Shown piece by piece: positions 29,792-38,518 of a DNA stretch of 64,000 nucleotides. Origin of the DNA: Solirubrobacterales bacterium. Lineage in GTDB: Bacteria > Actinomycetota > Thermoleophilia > Solirubrobacterales > JACPNS01. Position numbers and translations under genes: made by a program. The stretch is from positions 6,519 through 70,518 of the forward strand of contig JBASTN010000046.1 of the NCBI GenBank assembly GCA_049274915.1, given 5' to 3'. Below the pieces are notes generated by a model, which made no database searches, was not told the origin of the DNA, and saw only the letters and a list, made by a program, of their open reading frames with translations. Positions within the stretch are counted from its first letter, which is position 1, and the number at the start of each line of letters is the position of its first letter.

Positions 29792-30373
29792 ATGCGAGCG
29801 CGCCGGCGAGTTTTCAGGCAGACTAGGGACGTGCGGCCCGGCCGCGCGCGGGTGCGCAGTTCGCGCCCCCATTCTACGACTGATGCGGAGGACGAACTGC
29901 AAACGACGAGTGAACAGGCGTCGCTGACGCCCGCTACCGAAACCGACCTCAGTGGCATCGACCTCGAACCCGGCCCGCTGGTCGGGGTGATGATGGGGTC
30001 GCAGAGCGACATGGACGTGATGTCTTCCGCGATTACCGAACTGAAAGAACGGGGAATCTCGCACGAGGTGACGATTGTCAGCGCCCACCGCGATCCGGAA
30101 CAGGTTCGCGAGTACGCACACGGCGCGCGGACGCGCGGGATCAAGGTCGTCATCGCCGGAGCGGGAATGGCGGCCGCACTGCCTGGTCTCGTCGCCTCAC
30201 ACACCGACCTTCCGGTGATCGGCGTGCCGATCCGTGCCGAAGATGCCGTCAGTGGCGGACTCGACGCACTGCTGTCGATTGCCCAGGCGCCGCCGGGGGT
30301 TCCGGTCGCCTGCGTTGCGGTCAACGGAGCGCGTAATGCCGCGATCCTCGCGGCGCGAATCCTCTGGGCCTGA
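29792..30373 (+). CDS. purE: N5-carboxyaminoimidazole ribonucleotide mutase (start uncertain)
   Basis: [36 protein letters not shown] and PVIGVP are present. About 60 codons precede the conserved core, and no canonical start lies close to it. Confidence 0.88.
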   Translation: MRARRRVFRQTRDVRPGRARVRSSRPHSTTDAEDELQTTSEQASLTPATETDLSGIDLEPGPLVGVMMGSQSDMDVMSSAITELKERGISHEVTIVSAHRDPEQVREYAHGARTRGIKVVIAGAGMAAALPGLVASHTDLPVIGVPIRAEDAVSGGLDALLSIAQAPPGVPVACVAVNGARNAAILAARILWA

Positions 30374-30416
30374 TCCTCTGAGTCTGACCCTGGGTCTGAT
30401 CCCTGGGTCTGATCCC
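30365..30416. repeat. Non-coding ~13-nt tandem array x4 (TGGGTCTGATCCC-type) spanning the purE stop into the purE-purB spacer
   Basis: CTGGGCCTGATCCT / CTGAGTCTGACCC / TGGGTCTGATCCC / TGGGTCTGATCCC read directly from the sequence. Confidence 0.85.
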
Positions 30417-30476
30417 CATCTTGCGGCGCGAGCTGCCGAGCCCGGTGCCACCGACGGCGCCGAATAGGATCACGGC

Positions 30477-31766
30477 GTGATCGACCGTTACACACGCGAC
30501 GCCATCGGCGCGGTCTGGAGCGAACAGGCAAAGTTCGACAGCTGGCTCGACGTCGAGCTCGCCGTCTGCGACGCGCTGTTCGAAGCCGACGTGATCCCTG
30601 CCGCCGACCTGACAGCGATCAAGGACCGTGCAAAGTTCACCGTCAACGCAGTCAAAGAGCGTGAGAAGATCACGAACCACGATGTCGCGGCATTCATCGA
30701 CGTCATCAGCGAGCCGGTCGGCGAGGCCGGACGCTGGATCCACTACGGCCTGACCAGCAGCGATGTGCTCGACACAGCACTCGGCGTACAGATCAAGAAA
30801 GCCGGCGAAGTCGTTTTGGCAGGAGCGCGTGAGTACGCCGCGGCGCTGGCTCAACGCGCACGCGAATTCGAAGACGCACTCTGCCCGGGTCGCACACACG
30901 GCGTTCACGCCGAGCCGACGACCTTCGGTGTCAAGCTCGCCGGCTTTGCATTCGAAGCGCGGCGCAACGTCGACCGTCTTGAGCGCGCCTTCGCCCAGGC
31001 ATCGGTCGGCGCACTAAGCGGCGCGGTCGGCACTTACAGCGCGAACGGACCGGAGATCGAGGACGCCGTGCTCAAACGGCTCGGACTCGATCGCGAGCCG
31101 GTCTCGACGCAGGTCGTAGCGCGTGACCGTCACGCCGAACTGCTGACTGCGATCTCGCTCGCCGGTGCCGGCCTCGAACGCTTCGCCACAGAGATTCGCG
31201 CGCTGCAAAAGACTGAAGTACGCGAGGTCGAGGAACCCTTCGCCTCCGGGCAACAGAAGGGTTCGAGCGCAATGCCACACAAGCGCAACCCGATCATCTG
31301 CGAGCGGATCACCGGTCTCGCCCGCGTGCTGCGCGGCAACGCCCAGGCCGCCGTCGAAAATGTCGCTCTCTGGCACGAGCGCGACATCAGTCACAGCGGT
31401 GCCGAGCGCGTGATTCTGCCCGACTCGACAATTCTGCTCGACTACATGCAGTCGTTGGCCACCAAGGTCGTCACCGGCATGACGGTGCACACCGAACGCA
31501 TGCTCTCCAACCTCGAGGTCACCCACGGCGCATTGTTCAGTCAACGCGCACTGCTCGCGCTGGTCGACACCGGCATGACCCGCGATGAGGCCTACCGGAT
31601 CACCCAGCGCAACGCGCAACAGGCCTGGGACACCGGCACGCACTTCCGCGATCTGCTCGCCGCCGATGCCAAGGAACTCGGCATCCAGCTCGACATCGAC
31701 GCGATCTTTGATCCATCCGCCTACACCAAGCACGCCCGCGAGATCGTCGCGCGGCTCGATAGCTAG
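30477..31766 (+). CDS. purB: Adenylosuccinate lyase
   Basis: MIDRYTRD..., TSSDVLDTA and the fumarate-lyase signature GSSAMPHKRNP. The start is GTG. Confidence 0.96.
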   Translation: MIDRYTRDAIGAVWSEQAKFDSWLDVELAVCDALFEADVIPAADLTAIKDRAKFTVNAVKEREKITNHDVAAFIDVISEPVGEAGRWIHYGLTSSDVLDTALGVQIKKAGEVVLAGAREYAAALAQRAREFEDALCPGRTHGVHAEPTTFGVKLAGFAFEARRNVDRLERAFAQASVGALSGAVGTYSANGPEIEDAVLKRLGLDREPVSTQVVARDRHAELLTAISLAGAGLERFATEIRALQKTEVREVEEPFASGQQKGSSAMPHKRNPIICERITGLARVLRGNAQAAVENVALWHERDISHSGAERVILPDSTILLDYMQSLATKVVTGMTVHTERMLSNLEVTHGALFSQRALLALVDTGMTRDEAYRITQRNAQQAWDTGTHFRDLLAADAKELGIQLDIDAIFDPSAYTKHAREIVARLDS

Positions 31767-31775
31767 TTTGTAGGC

Positions 31776-31916
31776 ATGGGCAGGTTCATTAAAGACTGGG
31801 TGCCCGGCAGCGCGCCAGACGGCGGCGACCCGCCGCGCGTCACCCGCGGAGCATGGATCGCGATCGGAGTTTTGTTCCTGCTCGTCGCCGTGGCGCTCGG
31901 AATCTATTACGGCTAG
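31776..31916 (+). CDS. Possible 46-aa small membrane protein
   Basis: Below the ORF-track size cutoff. ATG 31776 to TAG 31914-31916 translates as MGRFIKDWVPGSAPDGGDPPRVTRGAWIAIGVLFLLVAVALGIYYG, with one C-terminal TM helix and GC-rich third positions. No clear RBS. Confidence 0.3.
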   Translation: MGRFIKDWVPGSAPDGGDPPRVTRGAWIAIGVLFLLVAVALGIYYG

Positions 31917-32578
31917 GCGCCGTCACCGGTATCGCTAACGGGCGCGTTGTCCAGCGACGCCCAAAGGTAAAGACACGCCAGCGTGCGGTACGGCCGCCAG
32001 GATTCGGCGAGTTGAGTGAGCGTTGTCGGATCCGGTCTTTCCGTCAGTCCGTAGGCCAACTTCACCGCGTTCCTAATCCCAAGGTCACCAGTCGAGAGGA
32101 CATCCGGGCGTTCGAGATGGAACATCAGGAACATCTGAGCAGTCCACTCGCCGAGTCCTTTTACAGCGACCAGCTCGGCGATCACTGTTTCGTCGTCAAG
32201 CTCGTCGAGTCGCTCCAGTTCGAGCTCGCCTGAGACGACGTGTTCGGCGAGCGAGCGCAAATATCCGGCCTTCGCGCGCGACAGGCCTACTGAGCGCAGT
32301 TCCTCGGGATCGTCGTCGAGGATCTGCTGCGGGGTCGGTGTCTTGCCACCGAAGCGGTCGGTCAATCTTGAAAAGATCGTCCGCGCCGCCTTTACCGAGA
32401 GCTGCTGCCCGACGATCGCGCGCAACAGGGCGCCGTAGTGATCGTCCGGCCTGCCGTCTCGCGCAGCGCCAAGCTGCTGGGGCGGGATCGAATCGATGAT
32501 GCCTTTGAGAACCGGATCAGCGGCGCGCAGATGCTTGCGTGCAGCTGCCGTGCCGAGATTCGGATTGCGCTCTGGCAT
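31913..32578 (-). CDS. DNA-3-methyladenine glycosylase II family (AlkA-like HhH-GPD)
   Basis: LLRAIVGQQLSVKAARTIFSRL, LRSVGLSRAKAGYLRSLA and VKGLGEWTAQMFLMF...TGDLGIRNA are present. Confidence 0.85.
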   Translation of the reverse strand: MPERNPNLGTAAARKHLRAADPVLKGIIDSIPPQQLGAARDGRPDDHYGALLRAIVGQQLSVKAARTIFSRLTDRFGGKTPTPQQILDDDPEELRSVGLSRAKAGYLRSLAEHVVSGELELERLDELDDETVIAELVAVKGLGEWTAQMFLMFHLERPDVLSTGDLGIRNAVKLAYGLTERPDPTTLTQLAESWRPYRTLACLYLWASLDNAPVSDTGDGA

Positions 32579-32835
32579 GCGGTCATGATGACCGACTGCC
32601 AGGTGGCTTACAGCAGTCGCGAATCCGTAAAGATCAGGATGAACGCGATAGCGAGCACCGCGACTATTACCGGCATGGCGAGCATGCCTCGTTCTGAGTA
32701 CCGAGACTTCAAGGGTGTCCTCCGTGAGTTACTTCGTGTCCCCCACCGACTCCTTGCCGGCGGCCACCACAGCTTAGGACTAGATCGACCGTTTGTCACC
32801 GTGAATTGTGGGCATTCCGGTTAGCATCCGTCTTG

Positions 32836-34392
32836 ATGTCTCGGGGAAACAGTTCAGCCCGCGCCGCGAGGCGTGCGGCAGTCATCTTGCTCGCCGACGG
32901 CGCCCGCGCCGACGTACTCGAACAGATGCTTGATGCCGGCGAGTTGCCGGAGATCGCCAGGCACGTCGTGGCACGCGGTGGATACCGGCGAGCAACCAGC
33001 ACATTTACCAGCACCACGATCCCCGCCCACCTGCCGATGCTGACCGGACGATTCGCTGGCACGGCGAACGTGCCCGGCTATCGCTGGTTCGAGCGAACCG
33101 CGTGGCGCCGCGGCCTACCGCTGGGTCCGTGGTGTCTGCGTAGCTACAACGGCCCCGAGTCGATCTTCGTCGACCACGACATCGCCGCCGACGCGCCGAC
33201 GCTGTTCGAACTGACCGACTACTCGGCCAACATCTACGGCGCGATCACCCGCGGACTCGGCCACGATCGCAATCTCGACACCGGCCGTAAGAACCGTCTC
33301 TGGCTTAAGGCTCATTATCGGCACGACTACGTCAGCGCAGACGAGGCGGCGCGTGAGACATTGATCGCGTCACTCGACGACAGGGCCGAGGTCCGTTTCG
33401 TCGTGATGCCGGGAATTGACTGGAACAGTCATTACATCTCGCCGTTCTCAGACGAAGCATTCGAGGCCTACCGCCGAGTCGACCGCACGATCGGCGCGGC
33501 CGCTCGCAAGCTGCAGCGACTGGGTCGTTACGACGAGACGCTGCTGATTATCTGCTCGGATCACGGGCACTGCGTGGTCGATCAGCATTTCGACCTGCCG
33601 GTCCGGCTCGAGCGTGATTTCGGGATGCGCGTCGCCTACCACTCGCTCAAGGCCTGGCGACCAGACGCGGAAGCCGTCGTCTGCGTCAGCGGCAACGCGA
33701 TGGCGCACGTGTACCTACGCGGGATCGGTGGCTGGAATGCTCGTCAGGTTCGACGCGACCAGATCGAGTCGCAGCGGCCGCGCATGATCGAACGGTTGCT
33801 CGCCGAGCCAGCGATCGACCTGGTCGCGACACGTATGAACGACGGCGCAGTGTTGGTCGAGAGTGCTCGCGGTCGCGCCGGGCTGCGCGAACGTAACGGC
33901 CAGATCGAGTACCGCGTCGACGGTGCGAACGATCCGTTCGGGTTTGCAGCACTGCCGAGCGAGATGAGTACTGACGACGCCCTGCGACTGACCTTCGACA
34001 GCGGGCACCCAGACGGGCTTTTGCAGACCCTGCAGATATTCCGCTCGACGCGTTGCGGCGACATCGTTGTGTCGGCGGCGCCCGGCTTCGACCTGCGTGA
34101 TCGCTTCGAGAACCCGGAGCACCTCAGCAGCCACGGTGCGCTGCACGCCCAACACATGCACGTTCCGCTCGCTGTCAGCGCACCCCTGGCCGACGGCCCG
34201 GCACGCACGGCGGACATTTTCAACACGACGATGGACTGGTTGGGTCGCGACAGCGCGACTGGCATCGACGGCCGGTCGCGCCTGGCTCACTCGCGGGTGG
34301 AGGCGGAGACCGAACCACTTTCGACGCCGTCAAGCGCAGGGTCGAGCGCAGGGTCAAGCGCAGGGTCGAGCGCCGGGTCTGCTGACGCGTAA
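32836..34392 (+). CDS. Alkaline-phosphatase superfamily protein (type I phosphodiesterase/nucleotide pyrophosphatase-like)
   Basis: ILLADGARADVL...FTSTTIPAHLPMLTG, ICSDHGH and SSHGALH metal-ligand-like motifs. The C-terminus is an SSAG x4 repeat. I prefer ATG 32836 over TTG 32806. Confidence 0.7.
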   Translation: MSRGNSSARAARRAAVILLADGARADVLEQMLDAGELPEIARHVVARGGYRRATSTFTSTTIPAHLPMLTGRFAGTANVPGYRWFERTAWRRGLPLGPWCLRSYNGPESIFVDHDIAADAPTLFELTDYSANIYGAITRGLGHDRNLDTGRKNRLWLKAHYRHDYVSADEAARETLIASLDDRAEVRFVVMPGIDWNSHYISPFSDEAFEAYRRVDRTIGAAARKLQRLGRYDETLLIICSDHGHCVVDQHFDLPVRLERDFGMRVAYHSLKAWRPDAEAVVCVSGNAMAHVYLRGIGGWNARQVRRDQIESQRPRMIERLLAEPAIDLVATRMNDGAVLVESARGRAGLRERNGQIEYRVDGANDPFGFAALPSEMSTDDALRLTFDSGHPDGLLQTLQIFRSTRCGDIVVSAAPGFDLRDRFENPEHLSSHGALHAQHMHVPLAVSAPLADGPARTADIFNTTMDWLGRDSATGIDGRSRLAHSRVEAETEPLSTPSSAGSSAGSSAGSSAGSADA

Positions 34393-35318
34393 GACATCCG
34401 CAGCAACACCGACCCGCCCCACAGCGAGTAGAGCGCCGCCGAGACCACCGCGGTCGCGACCAACACCAACCCGGCCGAACCGATCACGCCGATCGCCGCC
34501 CCACTGAACAGCGTCGCGGTAGCGGCGACCACGGATGGCCCTGGGCCGATCGGCAGCGCGCCGTAAAGCGATGTCAGCATGAATGCGATCAGCGCATCGG
34601 CTGCCGATGGATCGAGACCGAGCGCATTGAATGCGATGTAAAAGCGGATCGGCTGCACGGTCAGCACGACAATCAACAGCGCGGTCAACTGAGCGCGCTG
34701 CCGCGGCGAGCGAAGCACCTCGATCGTTTTGACGAACTCGCGATCGCGAAACCGTCGGTAGAGGTACAACACGAGCACACCGGCAGTGGCGACGATTCCC
34801 ACGAACGTGATGATCACCCAGAGCTCAATCGACGTAAAGAAGACCGCGGCCGCGATCAGACCGAGCGTGATCACTCCTTCGACCAGCAGCAGTAGACCGT
34901 CGGCGGTGAACATCTGTCCGATCGTCGGCGCGGCCGGCGGTTTGCCGGCGAACCTGCGTAGTAGAGCGATTCGGACCCAGGCGCCGACGTACGTCGGCAC
35001 CACTGTGTCGGCGAGAAACCGCAACGCGCTGGAGCTGTGCAGCAACTTGCGATCGACCGGCGCGTCGGCCGCATCCAAGCAGAGACCCCACGCCTCGGCG
35101 CGCAACACGAGCGCCAACAGATGCAGCCCGATCAATCCGGCTGCGGCTTTCACCGACAGCAACTCGGTCGTCTCGAAGACCTCATCAAAGTGCGGCCAGA
35201 GGACCGCCGTCAGGGCGATCGCAGCGGCCAGCGGGATCAAGGCCGCGCGCCAGAGTGGCGGGCGAGCCAGTCGATCGGCCTCGTCATCGACGGCAGATCT
35301 CGGCGTGGTTAGCGGCAT
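34287..35318 (-). CDS. Flippase-like membrane protein (LPG-synthase TM domain / UPF0104-like)
   Basis: 343 aa and polytopic. LHLLALVLRAEAWGLCL...LRFLADTVVPTYVGAWVRIALLRR resembles this family. The C-terminus is DPAL x4. Confidence 0.6.
   Translation of the reverse strand: MPLTTPRSAVDDEADRLARPPLWRAALIPLAAAIALTAVLWPHFDEVFETTELLSVKAAAGLIGLHLLALVLRAEAWGLCLDAADAPVDRKLLHSSSALRFLADTVVPTYVGAWVRIALLRRFAGKPPAAPTIGQMFTADGLLLLVEGVITLGLIAAAVFFTSIELWVIITFVGIVATAGVLVLYLYRRFRDREFVKTIEVLRSPRQRAQLTALLIVVLTVQPIRFYIAFNALGLDPSAADALIAFMLTSLYGALPIGPGPSVVAATATLFSGAAIGVIGSAGLVLVATAVVSAALYSLWGGSVLLRMSYASADPALDPALDPALDPALDGVESGSVSASTRE
34331..34378. repeat. 12-bp tandem repeat x4 lying in the 106-nt overlap of two convergent genes
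   Basis: CAAGCGCAGGGT / CGAGCGCAGGGT / CAAGCGCAGGGT / CGAGCGCCGGGT. It encodes SSAG on the plus strand and DPAL on the minus strand. Confidence 0.9.
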
Positions 35319-35460
35319 CGCCCATGACCGTAGCCATGAGCGGGGATAGTCAACTGCTCGTGCGAAGCCAAAGGCTGCGAGTCCGCTTTGGTTCGCAGCC
35401 GCACTGGATGCACGCTGCGGGCGGCGGTGATCGTCGATTGCCGGGGTAGCATCCGTCCCG

Positions 35461-36360
35461 ATGACCGACTACGTCAGCTCCCTTCCGCTGCTCAACTCCG
35501 GCAAAGTACGTGACACATACGAGTTGCCGGATGGATCGCTGCTGATGGTTGCCTCCGATCGCATATCGACTTACGACGCGGTCCATCCCAACCTAATTCC
35601 GGGCAAAGGCCAGGTCCTAACCGCGACCTCCGTTTTCTGGTTCGAGCAGCTCGCCGAGATCGTGTCGAATCATCTAATTTCGGCAACCGATGACGTCCCG
35701 GCGAAGCTTCGGGGCCGGGCGCTGAAGATCAAGCGTCTTGAAATGTTCCCGTTGGAATGCGTCGTTCGCGGGTATCTGGCGGGCTCTGGATGGACTGATT
35801 ACGAAGCAACCGGTCAGATCTGCGGAATCGACCTGCCGGCCGGGCTGACTGAGTCAGCCGAGCTTCCGGCCCCCATTTTCACGCCGGCGACGAAAGCAGC
35901 GATCGGCGACCATGACGAAAACGTCGACGCCGCCACGGGGGCAGAACTGGTCGGCGGTGCCGAGATCTACGCCGAACTTGAGCGGCTCTCGGTCACGATC
36001 TACGAGCACGCGCGGGCGCACGCTCTGGCCAAGGGAATCATCCTCGCCGACACCAAGTTCGAGTTCGGTGTCGACCCTGAGAGCGGTGCGATCACGCTCG
36101 GCGACGAAGTTCTCACGCCCGATTCATCGCGATACTGGCCAGCTGACGCCTACGAACCGGGGCGCCCTCAAGGGTCTTTCGACAAGCAGTTCGTCCGCGA
36201 CTGGGCGCGCAGCACCGGCTGGGACAAAACACCGCCGGCCCCGGAAGTGCCAAGCCACATCGTCTCGCAGACGCAGGAGCGTTACGTCGAGGTATACGAA
36301 CGACTAACTGGCGAGCCCTTCAGCGCGTGGCTCGAACGAGTCGACGCGCGCCCCGCTTAG
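35461..36360 (+). CDS. purC: Phosphoribosylaminoimidazole-succinocarboxamide synthase
   Basis: LLNSGKVRDTYEL, ASDRISTYD and ILADTKFEFG are present. Confidence 0.95.
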   Translation: MTDYVSSLPLLNSGKVRDTYELPDGSLLMVASDRISTYDAVHPNLIPGKGQVLTATSVFWFEQLAEIVSNHLISATDDVPAKLRGRALKIKRLEMFPLECVVRGYLAGSGWTDYEATGQICGIDLPAGLTESAELPAPIFTPATKAAIGDHDENVDAATGAELVGGAEIYAELERLSVTIYEHARAHALAKGIILADTKFEFGVDPESGAITLGDEVLTPDSSRYWPADAYEPGRPQGSFDKQFVRDWARSTGWDKTPPAPEVPSHIVSQTQERYVEVYERLTGEPFSAWLERVDARPA

Positions 36361-36391
36361 GCACGCTCAAAACGGCAGCGACCGGCCGTAG

Positions 36392-37438
36392 TCAGCAGTC
36401 GAAGATCCAGCACTTGTTCTTCTTGCCGCCGCCTCGCTGCTGATTCTTCTTGCCGCCGCCTCGCTGCTGATCGTCGCCGGAGGCTTGCTGCTGCCTATCG
36501 GCGGCCCGCTCAGCGGCAGCGCCGCCGGCCACCTTTCCGTTGGCGAACGCGTCGGAGCGCGCACGTGCCACACGGCGATCGGCCGAGGCGTCGAGTCTCG
36601 CTTTTTGTGCCTCAAGCCGGCGGGATGCCTGTGCCTGGTCGTAGCTGCGTTGCTGCGCCACGGCCTCGGCGATGCGATCGTTGACCGCAGAATCCGACGG
36701 GCGCACCAACATGCCCAACAGAAACGCTGCGGCCACGATCGGGAGAGTCGCGGCCAGAACAACTCGGACACGGCGATCTTGGTGCCACTGCTCGGCACGA
36801 CCGGTTGCGGTGGTGGCAGTTGCGGTGGCGGCAGTTGCGGTGGTGGCAGTTGCGGTGGTGGCGGTCGCGGTGGTCGATCCAGCGGCACGTGATGTGCGGG
36901 CCGACTGTCGCGACGGTTCAGCCGCCGCGGCGGCGGGCCGATCCGAAAACCGCGTGCCGCACCCGGGACACCACTGAGCATCGACCTCCCAGGCCAGCGA
37001 GCACTCCGGACAGACGCGCAGCGGCCCAATCTTGCGATCCGGGGTTTCGTGGTGACGACGCTCGACCGCCGGGTGATCCGATCGCGTCGCGTCGAGCAGT
37101 GTTTCGTCGGTTTTCTTCAAATCTCGGTCCTCAAGCGCAACATCATCCCATCTGAGGCCGGAAATCGGTCCAGTCGGCGTCAAACGCCTGGGATTCAAGG
37201 CAGCCGCCGACGTTACAGGCAGACCCGATGAAGTTACTGAGACGTAGGGACACTCTGACGACGAACGCACCAGCGGTGCGACACACCTGCACCTTCCACG
37301 CTCGCCAACGGCGATCACACGTTCCCGGCCGGCTGGTCGGCGAGCGGGCGGAACGCACCAGTATGCGACCGTGCCGACCAACGGCCATCGGCGTCCGACG
37401 GCACGAAAACCGCCGCACCCACGCTCGATACGCTGCAT
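36392..37438 (-). CDS. Hypothetical zinc-ribbon / single-TM / coiled-coil protein (start uncertain)
   Basis: CPECSLAWEVDAQWCPGCGTRF is a zinc ribbon. It is followed by a T/A repeat tract, a TM helix (VVLAATLPIVAAAFLLGML), a charged helical region, 2x QQRGGGKKN, and ends in CWIFDC. The N-terminal third of the track ORF is poorly supported. Confidence 0.5.
   Translation of the reverse strand: MQRIERGCGGFRAVGRRWPLVGTVAYWCVPPARRPAGRERVIAVGERGRCRCVAPLVRSSSECPYVSVTSSGLPVTSAAALNPRRLTPTGPISGLRWDDVALEDRDLKKTDETLLDATRSDHPAVERRHHETPDRKIGPLRVCPECSLAWEVDAQWCPGCGTRFSDRPAAAAAEPSRQSARTSRAAGSTTATATTATATTATAATATATTATGRAEQWHQDRRVRVVLAATLPIVAAAFLLGMLVRPSDSAVNDRIAEAVAQQRSYDQAQASRRLEAQKARLDASADRRVARARSDAFANGKVAGGAAAERAADRQQQASGDDQQRGGGKKNQQRGGGKKNKCWIFDC
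36427..36480. repeat. Perfect 27-bp tandem duplication (encodes QQRGGGKKN x2)
   Basis: TTCTTCTTGCCGCCGCCTCGCTGCTGA occurs twice, back to back. Confidence 0.95.
36804..36878. repeat. 15-bp tandem repeat x5 (GTTGCGGTGGTGGCA-type; encodes the Thr/Ala tract)
   Basis: Direct reading of the sequence. Confidence 0.9.
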
Positions 37439-37465
37439 ATCCGCAAGCGATTTGGAGCCGCATCG

Positions 37466-37816
37466 ATGTCATCACCGTCTAACGCGCCAGGTAACGGGCC
37501 GGTCAACGGGCCGGTAAAAGCACAAGTTCTGATCCGCCCGAAGGCTGGAATCCTTGACCCGCAGGGCCAAGCCGTAGAGAGCGCCCTTCCGGCGCTCGGT
37601 TTCAGCGGCGTGGCGCACGTTCACGTCGGTCGGCTGGTCGAGCTTGAAGTCGACGATCCCTCGCAGCTTGACCAGATGTGCCAGCAGCTGCTTTCGAATC
37701 CGCTGATCGAGGACTACGAGATTCGGATCGAATCGGCCCGGTCGGCCAGCGATGTCACGGCCGGCGATGTCACGGCCAGCGATGTCACGGCCAGCGCCGC
37801 CGGTACCGAGGGCTAA
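37466..37816 (+). CDS. purS: FGAM synthase subunit PurS with repeat-bearing termini
   Basis: The core VLIRPKAGILDPQGQAVESALPALGF...LLSNPLIEDYEIRIE is typical. An N-terminal NGPV x2 and a C-terminal SDVTA x3 are extra to the ~80-aa core. Confidence 0.9.
   Translation: MSSPSNAPGNGPVNGPVKAQVLIRPKAGILDPQGQAVESALPALGFSGVAHVHVGRLVELEVDDPSQLDQMCQQLLSNPLIEDYEIRIESARSASDVTAGDVTASDVTASAAGTEG
37746..37790. repeat. 15-bp tandem repeat x3 (CCRGCGATGTCACGG) at the purS 3' end
   Basis: Direct reading of the sequence. Confidence 0.9.
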
Positions 37817-37819
37817 CGC

Positions 37820-38518
37820 GTGGCGGCGACGCGCTTCGGCATCGTTCAGTTCCCTGGTTCTTGCGACGAGGTCGACACTCAGCTCGCGGCTTCGCGCGTC
37901 GGCAGCGCCGAACTGCTGTGGCATAAGAACACCGATCTCAACGGGGTCGACGTCGTCGTACTGCCGGGCGGTTTTTCTTACGGCGACTACCTGCGCGTCG
38001 GCGCGATCGTGCGATTTGCGCCGATCATGGAGGCCGTCGCCGATCACGCCCGTTCCGGCGGACTCGTACTCGGCATCTGCAACGGGTTTCAGGTGCTGAC
38101 CGAGGCCGGCCTGCTGCCTGGGGCGCTGCTTCCCAATAAGGAGCTGAAGTTCACCTGTCGGCAAGTCGACGTCCGAGTCGAGAACACCGAGACGCCGTTC
38201 ACGCACGAATGCACGCCCGGCGAGATTCTCTCGATTCCCGCTAAACACACGACAGGCCGCTACTTCGCGCCGCCGGAGATGCTCGCCGAACTCGAAGCCG
38301 CCGACCAGGTGATCCTGCGTTACGCCGAGGGCTACAACTTCAACGGATCGGTAAACGACATCGCCGGTGTCTGCAACGCGGACCGCAACGTCTTTGGGCT
38401 GATGCCCCACCCCGAGCACGCGGTCGATCCGCTAACTGGCTCGGATGACGCTCTGCAGCTTTTTAGTTCGCTGGCGAGTGCGGCGCCGATGGCGGTCGGC
38501 GGCGGAGACTCGACATGA
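37820..38518 (+). CDS. purQ: FGAM synthase glutaminase subunit
   Basis: FGIVQFPGS, GGFSYGDYLR, LGICNGFQVL (catalytic Cys) and MPHPE are present. Confidence 0.95.
   Translation: MAATRFGIVQFPGSCDEVDTQLAASRVGSAELLWHKNTDLNGVDVVVLPGGFSYGDYLRVGAIVRFAPIMEAVADHARSGGLVLGICNGFQVLTEAGLLPGALLPNKELKFTCRQVDVRVENTETPFTHECTPGEILSIPAKHTTGRYFAPPEMLAELEAADQVILRYAEGYNFNGSVNDIAGVCNADRNVFGLMPHPEHAVDPLTGSDDALQLFSSLASAAPMAVGGGDST

Noticed and set aside
32608-32799. 63-aa minus-strand ORF (or a nested 25-aa hydrophobic peptide MLAMPVIVAVLAIAFILIFTDSRLL) between the AlkA-like gene and the phosphodiesterase gene.
   Set aside because: The long form is Arg/Ser/Pro-rich with no features. The short peptide is plausible but has poor RBS spacing and no other support, so the evidence is too weak to call.
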